A stretch of 64,000 nucleotides of DNA from Caecitellus pseudoparvulus. Lineage: Eukaryota; Protista; Bigyra: Bicosoecida. The notes beneath the pieces were generated by a model, which did not search any database, was not told where the DNA came from, and saw nothing but the letters and a program-made list of their open reading frames with translations. Shown here piece by piece: positions 22,701-33,156 of this stretch; positions within the stretch are counted from its first letter, which is position 1; each line of letters begins with the position of its first letter. Location: NCBI GenBank assembly GCA_965644315.1, contig CBFFRQ010000049.1, positions 1 through 64,000 on the forward strand, in the 5' to 3' direction. A program made the translations under genes and the position numbers.

Positions 22701-25700
22701 GATTGCTGCCACCCACTCACAGCCGCCCAATCCTCCAGCTCTGCCCCCCGCACAGCTGCCACCTGGGCCGCCAAGAGCTCGGCAGCCTCCTGCTCAGCAG
22801 CCTCTTGCTGTGCCAGGGCAGCCGACACCTCTGCAAAGTGGGCTCGGGCGGCCTCTGCCGCCGACACCGCACCCGCTTCTCGCGCCTCCCAGCCTGACTC
22901 GGCTTCCAGCGCCTCTGCGCGCTGCCTCGCCAGCAGCGCGCGCAGTGCAGAGGCCGCCCGCTCCTTGATGGCAGTCGACGCGCTCGCTACGGCAGAGGGT
23001 GTCAGAGGTGTGCCGGTGCTCCCCTCCGGTGCTGCGGGCTCCTGCAGGCTGGCTGCCATGGCGTCCTGCCACTCCGCATCCAGCGCTTCCCGCATGGAGG
23101 CATGCCGGGAGTCGAGAGCGGCACGCGCCTCGCGGCGCTGGCGCTGAAGGGCCTCAAGCTGCTCCTGTACCGCCTTGCTGCGTTGCAGGGCGGCAGTGAC
23201 CTGCACCGCAGTGACTCCTCCCCCTTGTCCGTGGCTCTGCACCCCTATCTCCTCCAGCGCTGCCGCCGCAACGGACGGCGGCACAGCTGATGAGATACCA
23301 GCGGCTGCCAGGCGCGCAACTGCCCCAGACAGGTCCGGCGTGCTGGCGTCACCAGGATCTGGTGCAGGGGCGGGGGCGGGCGCCGGCTCCTGCCCCATCC
23401 CGGACAACCTGGCCTGTAGAGCCTGCAGGGCTGCATGCTGTGTCGCGATGACACTGGCTGCAGTGTCCAGGTCGGCCCTGAGCCCCCGCTCTGTCGCAGA
23501 CGCGGCAGCTCGCGCAGCCGCCAGCTCAGCAGCGTGCGCCTCTTGTAGGGCATGGCCCTGTGCAGACCCAGGTCCAGAGGCACCGCTCGCTGCCGCCGTT
23601 GCTGTCTCTTCTGCGTGGCGGGCCGCCAGGGCTGCTTCCTCCACCGCCAGGGCTTGACGGGAGGCGGCCAGCGCTGCCAGGTGCGCCTGGCGCTGGTTCT
23701 CCGCTTCACTGGCCTGTTCCCGGGTAAGTGCCAGGGCCAGGCGCAGGTGCACGGCCTCGGCCTCTCCCAGGGCCAGGCGCAGGGTGGTGAGGGGGCCCTC
23801 ATCCCCGCCCCCGTCCGCCTCCACAGGCCCCACACCCGTCTCCCCCGCCACACCATGAGCGGCCTGCACGGCAGCTTGCCCCTCCTTCACGGCTTGCAGC
23901 GCGCCCCGTAGCTGCCCTGCTCGGGGGGCCTCCTGCAACGCCACCTCCTCCGTCGCATCCAGCGCTTGAAGCACCTGCCGCACGAGGGCGGGCTGCGGGT
24001 CCACTCCATCGCCGTGCACGAGGTGCTCTGCCAGGCTCTGTCGCAGCTCACGCAGAAGTGCCAAGGCAGCTTCAGCGGGGTCGGCCACGGAGCCTGCTGA
24101 GGCAAGGCTGCTGGGGGTGAAGGTGAGGTGCACTTGGTCCTCTGGCAACTGGGGGCTGGTGGCGGGCTTGACAGGAGGTACCTGTTCGCCGCCCTTGGGC
24201 GTGGCCGGCTGGGGCGCACGCCGGGCCTTGCGCCTGCCTCTGCGACTGCGCTGTTGCTCCCGCTCCCGCCGTTCCTGCCGCCGCTGCCGCCGGCGCTCTG
24301 CCAGCTCCCGCGGCGAGGGGGAGCGAGAGGGGGTCATGTCCAGGCCGGACACGCGCTCAGAGGGCGCCAGCGGCCGCCCCCACGTCTGCGTGTTCTGCTT
24401 CCCCGTGTTCCAGGCCGGGCGGGGCTTGGTCGCAGCTTTGCGCGCAGGGCTACTCCGGGCGCCGGGTGGTACCACCTCCCGCACACGGGGTCGGCGGCGG
24501 GGCGTGGGCTGGACACCCCTGTCCCCGGCACCATCGTGTAGGTCCCCCGTCACTAGGCGTGCCCTGGAGCGCCCCTTGTGGGCCCACTCCGGCTCTGCCT
24601 CGAGCTGTGGGGCGAAGTGAGACTGGCGCAGGGGGGGTGAACGCGCCGTGGCAGCGCGGCGCCGAGGGCCACCAGCCACCCGCTTGGGCTCCAGGGTGGT
24701 GGAGGCGTTCCACGGCGCAGGGGGCGTGGCGGGCCGAGGCGCCTGCCGCCGGCTAGGCAGCAGTCCCCCCTCGCCTTCATCCTCACTCCCCCTCTCGTCA
24801 CTGTCGAAGTCAGCCCCCAGCTGCAGGGGAGCCTGGGGGGGTGTGTCTGGGCTGCTCAGGGCAGGGCGGCGGGGGGCACGGCGAGGGGCAGGTGACGTGT
24901 CATGGGCATGTCGGGCACGCCCGGCATACCCGCCGCCTTCCCGCCCATGGCGGGCGGCGTAGGAACCGGAGGATGCGGCATCCAGGGACACACTGCGGCG
25001 GGCAGGGACACCCCCCCCTCCCAGTTGTGCAGCTAGAGCGGCAGCCTTGGACTGTCCCAGCAAGCTCTCCAAGTCCTGCAGGGGCGGCAAGCCTGGCGTG
25101 GGGGTGCCGTCGCTGTCTGAGAGGGAGCTAGAGCGCTGCTTGGGCACAGGTGGCAGGCGGGGGGTGGACCGCCGGTGGGGGCGGGCACGCACCGTCCCAG
25201 CGCTGCCAGCGGCTGTGTCAGTAGCGTGGCTGGGCGGGGTGGAGGGTGTGGCGGCCTCTGGGCTGTGCCTGGCGGCATCAGCCTTGGCAGGGCGCGCCTC
25301 TTGGTCCTCTGGCTGGACAGGGGCGGGCGGTGGCTGGCGGGCAGGCGAGGCGCGCGAGGTGGGGTGGGGGGATGCCAGTGCTTCCAGGGGCGTGAGGTCT
25401 GCGGCTCCATCCTGCTGCGTGGCGTCTGGCTCGACAGCAGCAGCAGCAGCAGCAGCAGCAGGGGGTGCAGCTCTGGGCGGTGGGGCAGCCTGCAGGGCCG
25501 GTGGTCCTTCTGCCAGTGCTGGCGCAGCCGGTTCCGGTGCTGTGAGCGTTGCCAGGAGTTGAGCGTAGGCTGGTGAGGCCAACAAGTGCTGCAGGGTGGA
25601 CCGGTGCGCAGCCTGGGCGGCTGCCTTGACCGCCTCCCGCTCAGAGTGTGCCGCTTGCAGGAGCTCCTGTGCCTGCTCAGGCGACAGCAGGGTGGAGCCA

Positions 25701-28700
25701 GGGGGGAGAGTGGCCACCTGGCTGGCCTGGTGCTGGGGCGGTGGCGTGGGGGGCAGAGCAGGCACAGTCATGTCTAGGGCAGGCACAGGGGCAGGTGTGG
25801 GGGAGGGCAACTGATCAGCAGCACCTGCTGCGCCCTGGTCCGGCGTCACAGCACCCCCCCCCTCGCTCATCACCTCGATGTCTGCCGAGCCAGTGGAGGC
25901 GGCGTCGTCCTGCTCGCGCACAGTGTGGGCAGGCGGAGACCTGACCGCCTGTGGACTCGGCGCTTTGGTGGCCGGCGCATGCTGCCCTCGTAACACGTGT
26001 GCTGGCAAGAAGGGGGACGTGGAAGCACTTGCAGGGGCGGGGGGGGCAGCTGCCGGGGACGGGGATGTCGACGCCTGTGCCGCGCTAGCCTGCGAGTGTG
26101 CCGACGCAGGTTGGGGCGGCGAGGCCCCTCGAAAGGCGCCCACAGCCCGAACACGGGAGATGGCAGAGGAGAACAGCGACCCGCGCCGCATGAGGCGTTG
26201 CATGCGTGCCGCCTGCTCAGGAGACGTCCCGCTGGTGTCCCGTAAGGGCGCCTCTGGCTCTTGGGCCTTGCGCTCCTGCGACGCCGCGGGCGCTGGGCTC
26301 TTGTGGTGGGGGACGAGGGCGGAGCTGGGCGCCGGCTGGGCACGGCGGGCCAGGGCCACCCACGTGGGTTCTTCCGGGTCCCAAGCCGAGGAGGGAGCGG
26401 GCGCAGGCGCCTGTGATAACGGGCTACTCTGCTGCGGTAGGGCCGCACCGGCGGCGTGCAGGGGCGGCCCTGCTTGCCGTTCGCCGGCACTGGGCGCGTT
26501 GGGACTGCGCTGTGGCGGCGAGGGGGGCGCGGGTGTCGCCGCCGGAACCAGGCGTGCCAGGGTCTGGGAAGCCCGCTCCACCCCTGCCAGGTCTGCCTGC
26601 AGGGCCTGTGCTGCGTGAGAGGGCAGACTGCCATCTTGGGCCGTGGCAGCCACGGCCCGGCTCAGGTGGGCGAGAGCAAGGGCCTCCTGCTGGCTGGGTC
26701 GGCAGGAGGCCGCCAGTGCAACCAGGCGCTCAGTGGAGAGAGGCTGGGAGGCCTCCTCCAGCAACTGCGCGGCACTTGCTCGGTCCTCCGCCGCATCGTG
26801 CAGCGTGTCGGGCCAGGAGTCGTCCTGGATGCCGCGGCTGAGCTGGCGCAGCGGCGCATCCAGCAGGACGCCTTGCGCCGCCCACAGCCCAGCCGACAGC
26901 GCACTGCTGTGGCGGGCCAGGTCTCGGCACGCAGAGGAGATGCGTGCTGCGCGGGTGGGGCGCTGCAGAGGGGACGCTCCCTCCGCACCGACGGCCGGCG
27001 CTCTGATGCTACCTTGGCCGCTACTGCTCCCGTGCACCGTGGCCGCCTGTGGTTCGCTCTGTGATGGGGCTGCTGCTGCTGCAGGCTGGGAGGCTTCGGT
27101 GGCGTCTGCCGCTGGTGGGGCGACGGGGGGCTGTGGTGGCATGCGTGTGGGGGATGCGGCAGGCACAGGGGCCGCCTCCGGGGCTGTCTGGGGTGCGGGG
27201 GGCTGCGTTGGCTGCATCGGCGGCGTGGGGCTCAGCTCCCGCTGCGTCTCCTGTCCCGCCATTGCGTCTGAAGGGTGGGGCCGCTCGACGGGTGGCCACA
27301 GCGCAGTGGGGGCCAGTGAACTCACAGCAGTTGACGCAGGGCTGGCTGGCGCAGGGGAGGGGCGGTCTTCCACTGACCCCTCTGACACGCTGCCCACCGT
27401 GTCGCGTTCGTCGGGTTGGGTGCCCTGGGCAGGCAGCCCAGCAGCACCCCCGTCTCGCACACGGCTGACGATGGCGGCAGCTTCAGCGGCTGCAGCTGCA
27501 GCTGCATCTGCGGGAGCGACCTGGTTGTCTGGGCAAGGAGGCGGCTGCGTGAAGTCCACGCTCGCGCCAGCGCCCTGCACGGCCTGTAGCCACTCGTCGC
27601 GCTGTTCGGCTGAGTGGGCAGCCAGGAAGGTGACGGCCCCGCTGGAGCCGATGACGGAGAAGCAGGCAGCAGCAGAGGGCAAGCCTGCGTGTCGGGATAC
27701 ACAGCTGACGAAGGCACCGGCCAGCTGGATGCGGTGCCGGGGGGGGGTGTCCCCGAGAGCAAGGTCCAGGCTCGCACTGTCTGGGTTCACCTTTGCTGCG
27801 TACTCGGTCCACACACGTGTGTGTGTGTGCCCTCCCCCCCGGGGCACCTCCTGCAGCAACAGGGTGCCCTGAGACGCCCCATCCTGCCAGTGCACAGATG
27901 TACCCCCCTCACTGGCATGGTGTGGTGAAGAAGGCGGGATCTGCAGTGGCGAGGGGAGGTCCACTGGCACGCGGCCACTGCCAGGTGGCGTGTGTGGTGT
28001 CGGGGGTGCCTCTGGCAGTGTCTCTGCTGGGGCCGGTGGCGACGTCGATGGCGGCAGGGGCGGCCTCACACTGGCTCCAGCACCTACCTCAGCACTGGCG
28101 GCCTGGGGTGATGGTGAAGCCAACGAGCGAGGCGCTGGCTCGGTGGGTGGGCGTGGCGCGGGGCTTGGCTGTGTCTCTGCCGCCGATGCTGGAGCTGGAG
28201 CTGGAGCTGGAACTGGAGCTGGGGCCGGGCCAGGGGAAGGCGGCCTCGCCTTGCCCTCACCTTCTGCCGCGCTGGGACCCGATACCAAGCGGTGGCTGCC
28301 ACAGCTGCTACAGGTGTTGGCGCTGGGCGCATTGCCACTGTGGCAGACGTCACAGCTCCACCCGCCAGTGGGCGGGGCGGACACGTCCCCCTCCTCCCAC
28401 GCCCCCCCGCCAAGCGTCTGTGCGTCGACACCCGGTGCAGTGTCAGGCGGAGTCGCCTGTGCCGAGGGGGGCGAGGTCGTCTGTGGCGGTGAGGCAGGCT
28501 CAGGCAAGCCCACACCAGCTGCGTCGCCAACATCCTCCGCCTCCGCCACTGGGGCAAGAGTGGGGACTCCTGCCTCCTCCCCGGGGACAGAGACTTCCCC
28601 CGTGTCCTGGCGCACGTCGCCGAATGTGAACACGGCTTGCTGCACGAAGCTCTGCAGCGTGGACTGCTCTGTCGCGCGCATGCGCAGCACCACCTCGCCC

Positions 28701-29218
28701 GGCTGCGCCAGCGCCGTCACTTCAGCGTACAGACCGTAGTTCTTGCCAGGCGGCGCAGCAGTGACGGCGAAGCAGTGGTCTGGACCGACGAGAGTCTCGA
28801 AGGAGTCCGCGTCGATGCTGCCGTACAGCATGAGGGGTGGGTCTGCGGGGCGGTCCAGGCGGCGTGTGTGCTGGGCAGTGGAGCCTGCAAGCCAGTGACA
28901 GGGCCCGTCCTCACCTTCGTACAAGAAGACGTCTCGCACCTCCCAGGCCTTCCTGTTGAAGGACTTCTTCACCTTGAACTGCAGCTCCCCGTTCCAAATC
29001 ACGACCGGCTCTGCGCCCTCCTCCTCAGGCGGCTGCTCCTCCCCAGACTGTGCTGCCGGGTCATGGTGGTGCCCCGCCGACTCTGCTGTGGAGCTGTCGC
29101 CAGGCCCTGCCGCATGGTCAGACTGGAAGGCGCCTTGCACTGGAGCGCCAAAGTCTGTGCTAGGGTAGTTGTACGCGCTGCTGGTGGTATCAGCTCCCTG
29201 AAAGCCAGGATACGCCAT
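19766..29218 (-). CDS. Very large (~3150 aa) low-complexity protein with two PH-like domains, a RanBP2-type zinc finger and coiled coils
   Basis: Uninterrupted 9.5-kb ORF, probable start MAYPGFQG at 29218. WSCDVCHSGNAPSANTCSSC matches zf-RanBP2. GELQFKVKKSFNRKAWEVRDVFL..CFAV and CFSVIGSSGAVTFLAAHSAEQRDEWLQAVQ are PH-like. Confidence 0.75.
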   Translation of the reverse strand: MAYPGFQGADTTSSAYNYPSTDFGAPVQGAFQSDHAAGPGDSSTAESAGHHHDPAAQSGEEQPPEEEGAEPVVIWNGELQFKVKKSFNRKAWEVRDVFLYEGEDGPCHWLAGSTAQHTRRLDRPADPPLMLYGSIDADSFETLVGPDHCFAVTAAPPGKNYGLYAEVTALAQPGEVVLRMRATEQSTLQSFVQQAVFTFGDVRQDTGEVSVPGEEAGVPTLAPVAEAEDVGDAAGVGLPEPASPPQTTSPPSAQATPPDTAPGVDAQTLGGGAWEEGDVSAPPTGGWSCDVCHSGNAPSANTCSSCGSHRLVSGPSAAEGEGKARPPSPGPAPAPVPAPAPAPASAAETQPSPAPRPPTEPAPRSLASPSPQAASAEVGAGASVRPPLPPSTSPPAPAETLPEAPPTPHTPPGSGRVPVDLPSPLQIPPSSPHHASEGGTSVHWQDGASQGTLLLQEVPRGGGHTHTRVWTEYAAKVNPDSASLDLALGDTPPRHRIQLAGAFVSCVSRHAGLPSAAACFSVIGSSGAVTFLAAHSAEQRDEWLQAVQGAGASVDFTQPPPCPDNQVAPADAAAAAAAEAAAIVSRVRDGGAAGLPAQGTQPDERDTVGSVSEGSVEDRPSPAPASPASTAVSSLAPTALWPPVERPHPSDAMAGQETQRELSPTPPMQPTQPPAPQTAPEAAPVPAASPTRMPPQPPVAPPAADATEASQPAAAAAPSQSEPQAATVHGSSSGQGSIRAPAVGAEGASPLQRPTRAARISSACRDLARHSSALSAGLWAAQGVLLDAPLRQLSRGIQDDSWPDTLHDAAEDRASAAQLLEEASQPLSTERLVALAASCRPSQQEALALAHLSRAVAATAQDGSLPSHAAQALQADLAGVERASQTLARLVPAATPAPPSPPQRSPNAPSAGERQAGPPLHAAGAALPQQSSPLSQAPAPAPSSAWDPEEPTWVALARRAQPAPSSALVPHHKSPAPAASQERKAQEPEAPLRDTSGTSPEQAARMQRLMRRGSLFSSAISRVRAVGAFRGASPPQPASAHSQASAAQASTSPSPAAAPPAPASASTSPFLPAHVLRGQHAPATKAPSPQAVRSPPAHTVREQDDAASTGSADIEVMSEGGGAVTPDQGAAGAADQLPSPTPAPVPALDMTVPALPPTPPPQHQASQVATLPPGSTLLSPEQAQELLQAAHSEREAVKAAAQAAHRSTLQHLLASPAYAQLLATLTAPEPAAPALAEGPPALQAAPPPRAAPPAAAAAAAAVEPDATQQDGAADLTPLEALASPHPTSRASPARQPPPAPVQPEDQEARPAKADAARHSPEAATPSTPPSHATDTAAGSAGTVRARPHRRSTPRLPPVPKQRSSSLSDSDGTPTPGLPPLQDLESLLGQSKAAALAAQLGGGGVPARRSVSLDAASSGSYAARHGREGGGYAGRARHAHDTSPAPRRAPRRPALSSPDTPPQAPLQLGADFDSDERGSEDEGEGGLLPSRRQAPRPATPPAPWNASTTLEPKRVAGGPRRRAATARSPPLRQSHFAPQLEAEPEWAHKGRSRARLVTGDLHDGAGDRGVQPTPRRRPRVREVVPPGARSSPARKAATKPRPAWNTGKQNTQTWGRPLAPSERVSGLDMTPSRSPSPRELAERRRQRRQERREREQQRSRRGRRKARRAPQPATPKGGEQVPPVKPATSPQLPEDQVHLTFTPSSLASAGSVADPAEAALALLRELRQSLAEHLVHGDGVDPQPALVRQVLQALDATEEVALQEAPRAGQLRGALQAVKEGQAAVQAAHGVAGETGVGPVEADGGGDEGPLTTLRLALGEAEAVHLRLALALTREQASEAENQRQAHLAALAASRQALAVEEAALAARHAEETATAAASGASGPGSAQGHALQEAHAAELAAARAAASATERGLRADLDTAASVIATQHAALQALQARLSGMGQEPAPAPAPAPDPGDASTPDLSGAVARLAAAGISSAVPPSVAAAALEEIGVQSHGQGGGVTAVQVTAALQRSKAVQEQLEALQRQRREARAALDSRHASMREALDAEWQDAMAASLQEPAAPEGSTGTPLTPSAVASASTAIKERAASALRALLARQRAEALEAESGWEAREAGAVSAAEAARAHFAEVSAALAQQEAAEQEAAELLAAQVAAVRGAELEDWAAVSGWQQSATSQPPSPAAPVPTAEWTGDVVQDAVSGPAHEQEALGVADLQVPLKVDARVMRLLRALGQESLALFLAAWVARGGGREAPQKGVSSPTHSGGAITQAALQSGAAALAPCHVAALAADGALAAFQGFVQALVQGAVQAPAALQAAELPLWPVVRETAQALQAAGVDAAPQTRAEQAETPDGGLSSSPSPAHAPAGPAAPTDPADPPSTSTVAAAVWRGSSGGMQVGEACAVLGLAWLSAALGHIFASVPLACRQEGDALAPFRAFMTLGQSAPAQVSPEAAADGLDTVQPRHLAALSTQEAQAAVLQVVGGEGGGRQDAAGAMRQLAGAVARAAPVARTPVQLAEGLPPISARADTVKLLQTLSPQCLRLLPLLALLAQWMQRGQGAPAVHCGSDADSGQARVSEAVASLTPGGVLAAARAPLPTLRAFTATGGPFQGSVDTALPGTFAPQDLALLRALHPDAPGEGGAADAEGDAEQGGRLVEVEVAPGMVMHAQQGLLNRLAPRGLLQWLPLLALYQARRRKSDGRGGGAPPATTAGLRTALASLSTATLRAWTAEDVKALACLNIQGGPFGPGGTLPGALGGADLLALIAALGLPRVTLGPTARRAMDTAAAGASPQAASPGRDAGAGSPSATTPGSGGRPSPGSTPRMHTVDAELPAGTRRRTMAIPRAHLSPGMGGSTALPRRRQGKAAAAAQPARQRSPEPTRAATAALHTVPEATAGRQHRDTSSVQARRRGAQAVSADGRAGSGQTPAPWVGLRSAPRTSPDAGADGLTAAQKEAMRQRLLAGRRFQPSEAKQEAAAATAAHKDWAPNVGREDPHPVPYDATGAQPRRTARKAPKASASAASLSPLHTLAAAPFPATAARAAPAPQPKHTTRARQGGSTAVPTEWGSVQSLRTPPGRVEQNIRAAEEASAATMGRTVARHVRQPPRAAAQDDNESLGSTGGSLYSVIPSVFPPPKDKYPAGSVTEEGVPC
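25435..25460. repeat. (GCA)n trinucleotide tract, encodes poly-Ala on the minus strand
   Basis: cagcagcagcagcagcagcagcagca, read directly. Confidence 0.8.
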
Positions 29219-29625
29219 GCCCGGCGGGTTGTACAGAGGGCCACTGCAGGCAAGCGAAACGGCAGGCGAAACGCAGGGGGTGCGTGGCCCAGGGCTCGCA
29301 TGCGGGGCCAAGCACGAACTCTTAACTCGGCCAATGAATTTTGATTGCTGCTGCAAGCGCTGGCTGCCATGCCACACCCAATCTGCAGCCTGACAAGGAT
29401 GGTGCAGGCATCGTCTCGAAGTCCACACCCCGGCACGCTTGCAGCACAAATCTCAACACCCACCATCTCCCCAAAATTTTGATGTGGACAGGCTCCACTG
29501 CACCCTTTGCCCCCTCAGCGCACCGCTGACTTCCCCACCGTGAGGCGCGGCCTTCCGCTGCGGAATTAGCATTCCCTCAGCTCACACCATCTGCTCCCTC
29601 CCTCGCAGCCGAACCAGCGACAGCC

Positions 29626-30722
29626 ATGGCAGCCGGCAAGGCTCTGAATACTCTGGCTTCTGTCAGTGGTGGCATTGGCGTGGCTGCCCTCATTGGCAAC
29701 TTCTGCCTGTACAACGGTGCGTTCGGCGGCCTGTGTGTGACGTGCTCCAAGCGGTCACGCCCCGCCGCCGCTGGCTCGACGTGGGGTCTTGTGAGCTGTG
29801 TTTGTGCGCCTGCTGGGTAATTTCAGCTGTGTGCAGCGCGGTATTCATACGGCCTCGCCGACTGCCGCGCGGCAGCGAGCTTTCATGGACTCCGGCTCGC
29901 GTGTTACGTGTCTGCGTTTCATGTCGAACGCCGCTGGCCTCGAAGGTGGCCACGACGCACGCCCCCTCCCCCCTTGACCGCACAGTTGATGGTGGCGAGC
30001 GCGCTGTGATCTTGGACCAGTTCCGCGGTGTGCTGCCGGACGTCAGCGGGGAGGGCACGCACTTCCGCGTGCCGTTCGTGCAGACGCCGTACATCTTCGA
30101 CATCAGGCTGCGCCCGCGTGTCATCTCCACCCGCACGGGGACGAAGGACCTGCAGCAGGTGACCATCTCCCTGCGTGTGCTGTCCCGCCCTGTGCCGGAG
30201 CATTTGCCTGAGATCTACCGCACGCTGGGCCTGGACTACGACGAGCGTGTGCTGCCGTCCATCTGCAACGAGGTGCTCAAGGCAGTGGTGGCCAAGTTTG
30301 ACGCCGACCAGCTGCTGACCCAGCGAGAGCGCGTGTCTCAGGAGATCATGGAGGAGCTGGAGTCGCGTGCGGCAGGGTTCAACCTGGTGCTGGAGGACGT
30401 GTCCATCACCCACCTGACCTTTGGTCGCGAGTTCACCAAGGCCATTGAGCAGAAGCAGGTAGCTCAGCAGGAGGCTGAGCGGTCCAAGTTCATCGTGCAA
30501 CGCGCCGAGCAGGAGAAGCTGGCCGCCATCATCAGGGCAGAGGGAGAGTCCAACGCCGCGCAGCTCATTTCAGACGCCCTGCAGGAGCACGGCAAGGGCC
30601 TCATCGACGTGAAGAAGATCGACGCCGCCAAGGACATCGCACAGACCCTCGCCCGCAGCCGCAACGTGTCGTACCTGCCTGGCAGCGGCTCAGGCCTCCT
30701 CCTGAACCTCAACGCACGGTAA
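29626..30722 (+). CDS. PHB1: Prohibitin (SPFH/band 7), PHB1-type
   Basis: Exon 1 29626-29716, intron 29717-29985. Spliced [64 protein letters not shown]. Confidence 0.95.
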
Positions 30723-30726
30723 AATG

Positions 30727-30744
30727 CACACACACACACACACA
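30727..30744. repeat. (CA)n microsatellite in the prohibitin 3' region
   Basis: cacacacacacacacaca directly after the PHB stop codon. Confidence 0.85.
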
Positions 30745-30855
30745 CGCACAAGCGGTGTTTGCGAGATTCCAAAGACAAGCAGTACATTGTTTGCACGGAG
30801 ACAGGCCCAGTCCTTCATGTTGAAGAGCTGCCGTGCGAGCCGTGTGCGGCACACT

Positions 30856-33156
30856 TCACTCCCCCGCCTGCCGAAACTCAAAAACCGGCTGGCGGACGGG
30901 CGAGCTGGTGGCACTGCTGGGGGATGCATGGATCTGCTGCAGTGGGGTGCTGGGGATGCCAGCTGTCATTTGCACAGTCACGCTGCTGCTGCCTGGCTGC
31001 AGCGGCGGGAGGTGCCCGCTGGCAGACGCCTGACTGATGTCAGAGCCATTCACAGCAGATCGACGACGGGTGCGGTACTGCCCGGGACTCCGGACACCCA
31101 TGTGGTCCTCCGTGTACGCAGAGCCGCCGGTGATTTCCCGCGTGATCTCCCGCGGGCGAGAGCCAGATTCCGACAGCCGGTCAGATGCTGTGTCACCCAG
31201 CGGCAGGTGTGTGCGCACAGTGCTGGCGCCACCTGAGCGAATGCTGGGCAAGTCAAAGTCAGTGACGATGGTCAGTCGACGAGTGGCGGAGGACGTGCCT
31301 GACCGTACACTTGCTGTGTCTGGCGCTGCCGCCACGCCCACCTGCGGGGATCGCGGCTCCATGGGCGTCGGTGCTGGCTGCAGGACAGGCTCTGCAGGTA
31401 CCCACATGGGGTTGGAAAACCACGGGTGAGAGGCAATTTGCAAGATGGTTGGCCGCTCACTCTCCCGCACACGCAAGCAGCGCAGGAGCAAGTCCTCCAA
31501 GGCATTGCTGATTGCGCAAGGCCACCGGAACGCATCATGGCCTCCCGTGTCCCCGCCGCCCTCTGGCGACTGCACCCTGCTGCGGGCCTTGTCCTCATCC
31601 TTGGCCCACACTGGCGCAGCAGGCGCCATGATGGCGTCCTGCAGCACCTGTGGCTGGGTCGCGCGCACGAAGGCCCTGAACCCAGAGCACGATGCGGACG
31701 CCTGCCGGAAGGGCACATTGCCAGTGACCAGCACACACACGGTGATGGCGAACGACCAGACATCTGCCGAGTAGGAGTTGTACCGCGCCGCCATGAGCGC
31801 TTTGCGCACGCGGGAGTTGGGCCACAACTGCTTGCCAGTGCCTTTGGGATCCCCCAGCGCACACTGCACCATGACCTGTGGACATGCGTACTTCGCAGTG
31901 CCGCGAGCTGACGCGCCCTCCAAGAAAGGCTTGTTGCCGATGCCCTCCGAGGGGGAACGGGTCATGGCCACCGCCCCGAAATCGCACAACTTCGTGGCAA
32001 AACTGTGGCACACCGTGAGCGCGGCTGTGTTGCTGGGCTGCGTGCGCACGCCGCCGTCAGAGCTGCTGCCGGTGCTGTGCGGCGTGCCTTCGCCCGGTGC
32101 GAAAGTTCCGCTCACGCCGCCGCCGGAAGCAAAGGACTCCATGGTGCCTTGGTGCTCGGGCTCGCTCCATAGTGATTTCAGGGCGCCTTTCAGTTCCTGG
32201 CGTGCCTGGTCGCGCAGGGTGGGCTCTGACCCCGAGCTGGCGGAGGCTGCCCCCCGTCGGCCCTGGGAGGAAGCCACCGTGTGTGCAGTCACTGAGTGTC
32301 CAGACGCCGCCGACGGCAAGGAGGGCGGCCCCGTTGGCAGCGATGCCGTGGGTTCCGTGCTCAGCCTGAACAACAGCAAGTTGTCGGGCTTCACGTCCCG
32401 GTGTGCGACGCCGTTCGCGTGGCAGTGGCTCAACGCGAAGGCGGTTTGCAGTGCGGCTTCCCGAGCGAAGGTGCACTCCCCCAACCTGCGAGCCGGCGCG
32501 CGCACAGGTGCACTGCCTGCGCTGCCTCTCGCGCACATGCACGCAAACAACTCACGCAAACTTGCCGCTGTGCCCGCTGCCTGCCCACGCAGCAGCATCG
32601 CAAAAATCGCTGACACCGGCCTCCAGCACCATCAGCCGCGTGTTGTCGGGCAAGACATCAAAGGACATGGGTGACACGATGTGAAACTTGCCCGGCCCGT
32701 CAGCCTCGTGCAGGCGCTCGTACTGCGGCGGGGAGCAGGCGTAGTGAGGACAGGGGGGTTTCTCGCGCACATGACGCCGACGCAGACGCACCGCGGCCCG
32801 CTCCGCCAGCCACGACCGGCGCTGTTTGTCAGCCATGAGCTTCACCGCCACGTCCTGGCTGCCCATCTTGGCCAGCCACACCGTCCCTTGCGCCCCGCTA
32901 CGGGCCGACTCTGTGGTGCACGACAAGGGGGGTGCAGGACACACATCGCTGCCTCCTGTCACGTGCCATCATGTGCGAATGCGCTCGACAGCGGCGCGCC
33001 ACGAGACTCTGACAGCGCCCAACACGCACCTAGGAGCTCAATGGTATCATGCTTCTCACTTGCTGGCAGCTGGGCGCCCTGTGGGGTCCTCGCCGACGAC
33101 GTGCTGCTGCTGCCTTTGCCTCCGCCTGGCGGCTGGCCAGCGCTGGCGTCAGCCAT
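30856..33156 (-). CDS. Ser/Thr protein kinase with a long insertion in the catalytic domain
   Basis: Introns 32911-33029, 32723-32791, 32486-32555. Motifs SGAQGTVW, VAVK, HRDVKPDN, KLCDFG, GTAKYACPQ, ADVWSF, ERPTILQIASHPWF. Confidence 0.88.

Noticed and set aside
19725-23147. 1140-aa plus-strand ORF, and similar long ORFs such as 10888-12993 (+) and 47058-48218 (+)
   Set aside because: Antisense shadows of GC-rich genes on the other strand, with no motifs of their own.
29780-29835. TPP riboswitch-like fragment (CCTG..CTGGGTAAT..CAGC) in the prohibitin intron
   Set aside because: It lacks the UGAGA junction and the matching P1/P2/P4 pairing, and the host gene is unrelated to thiamine.
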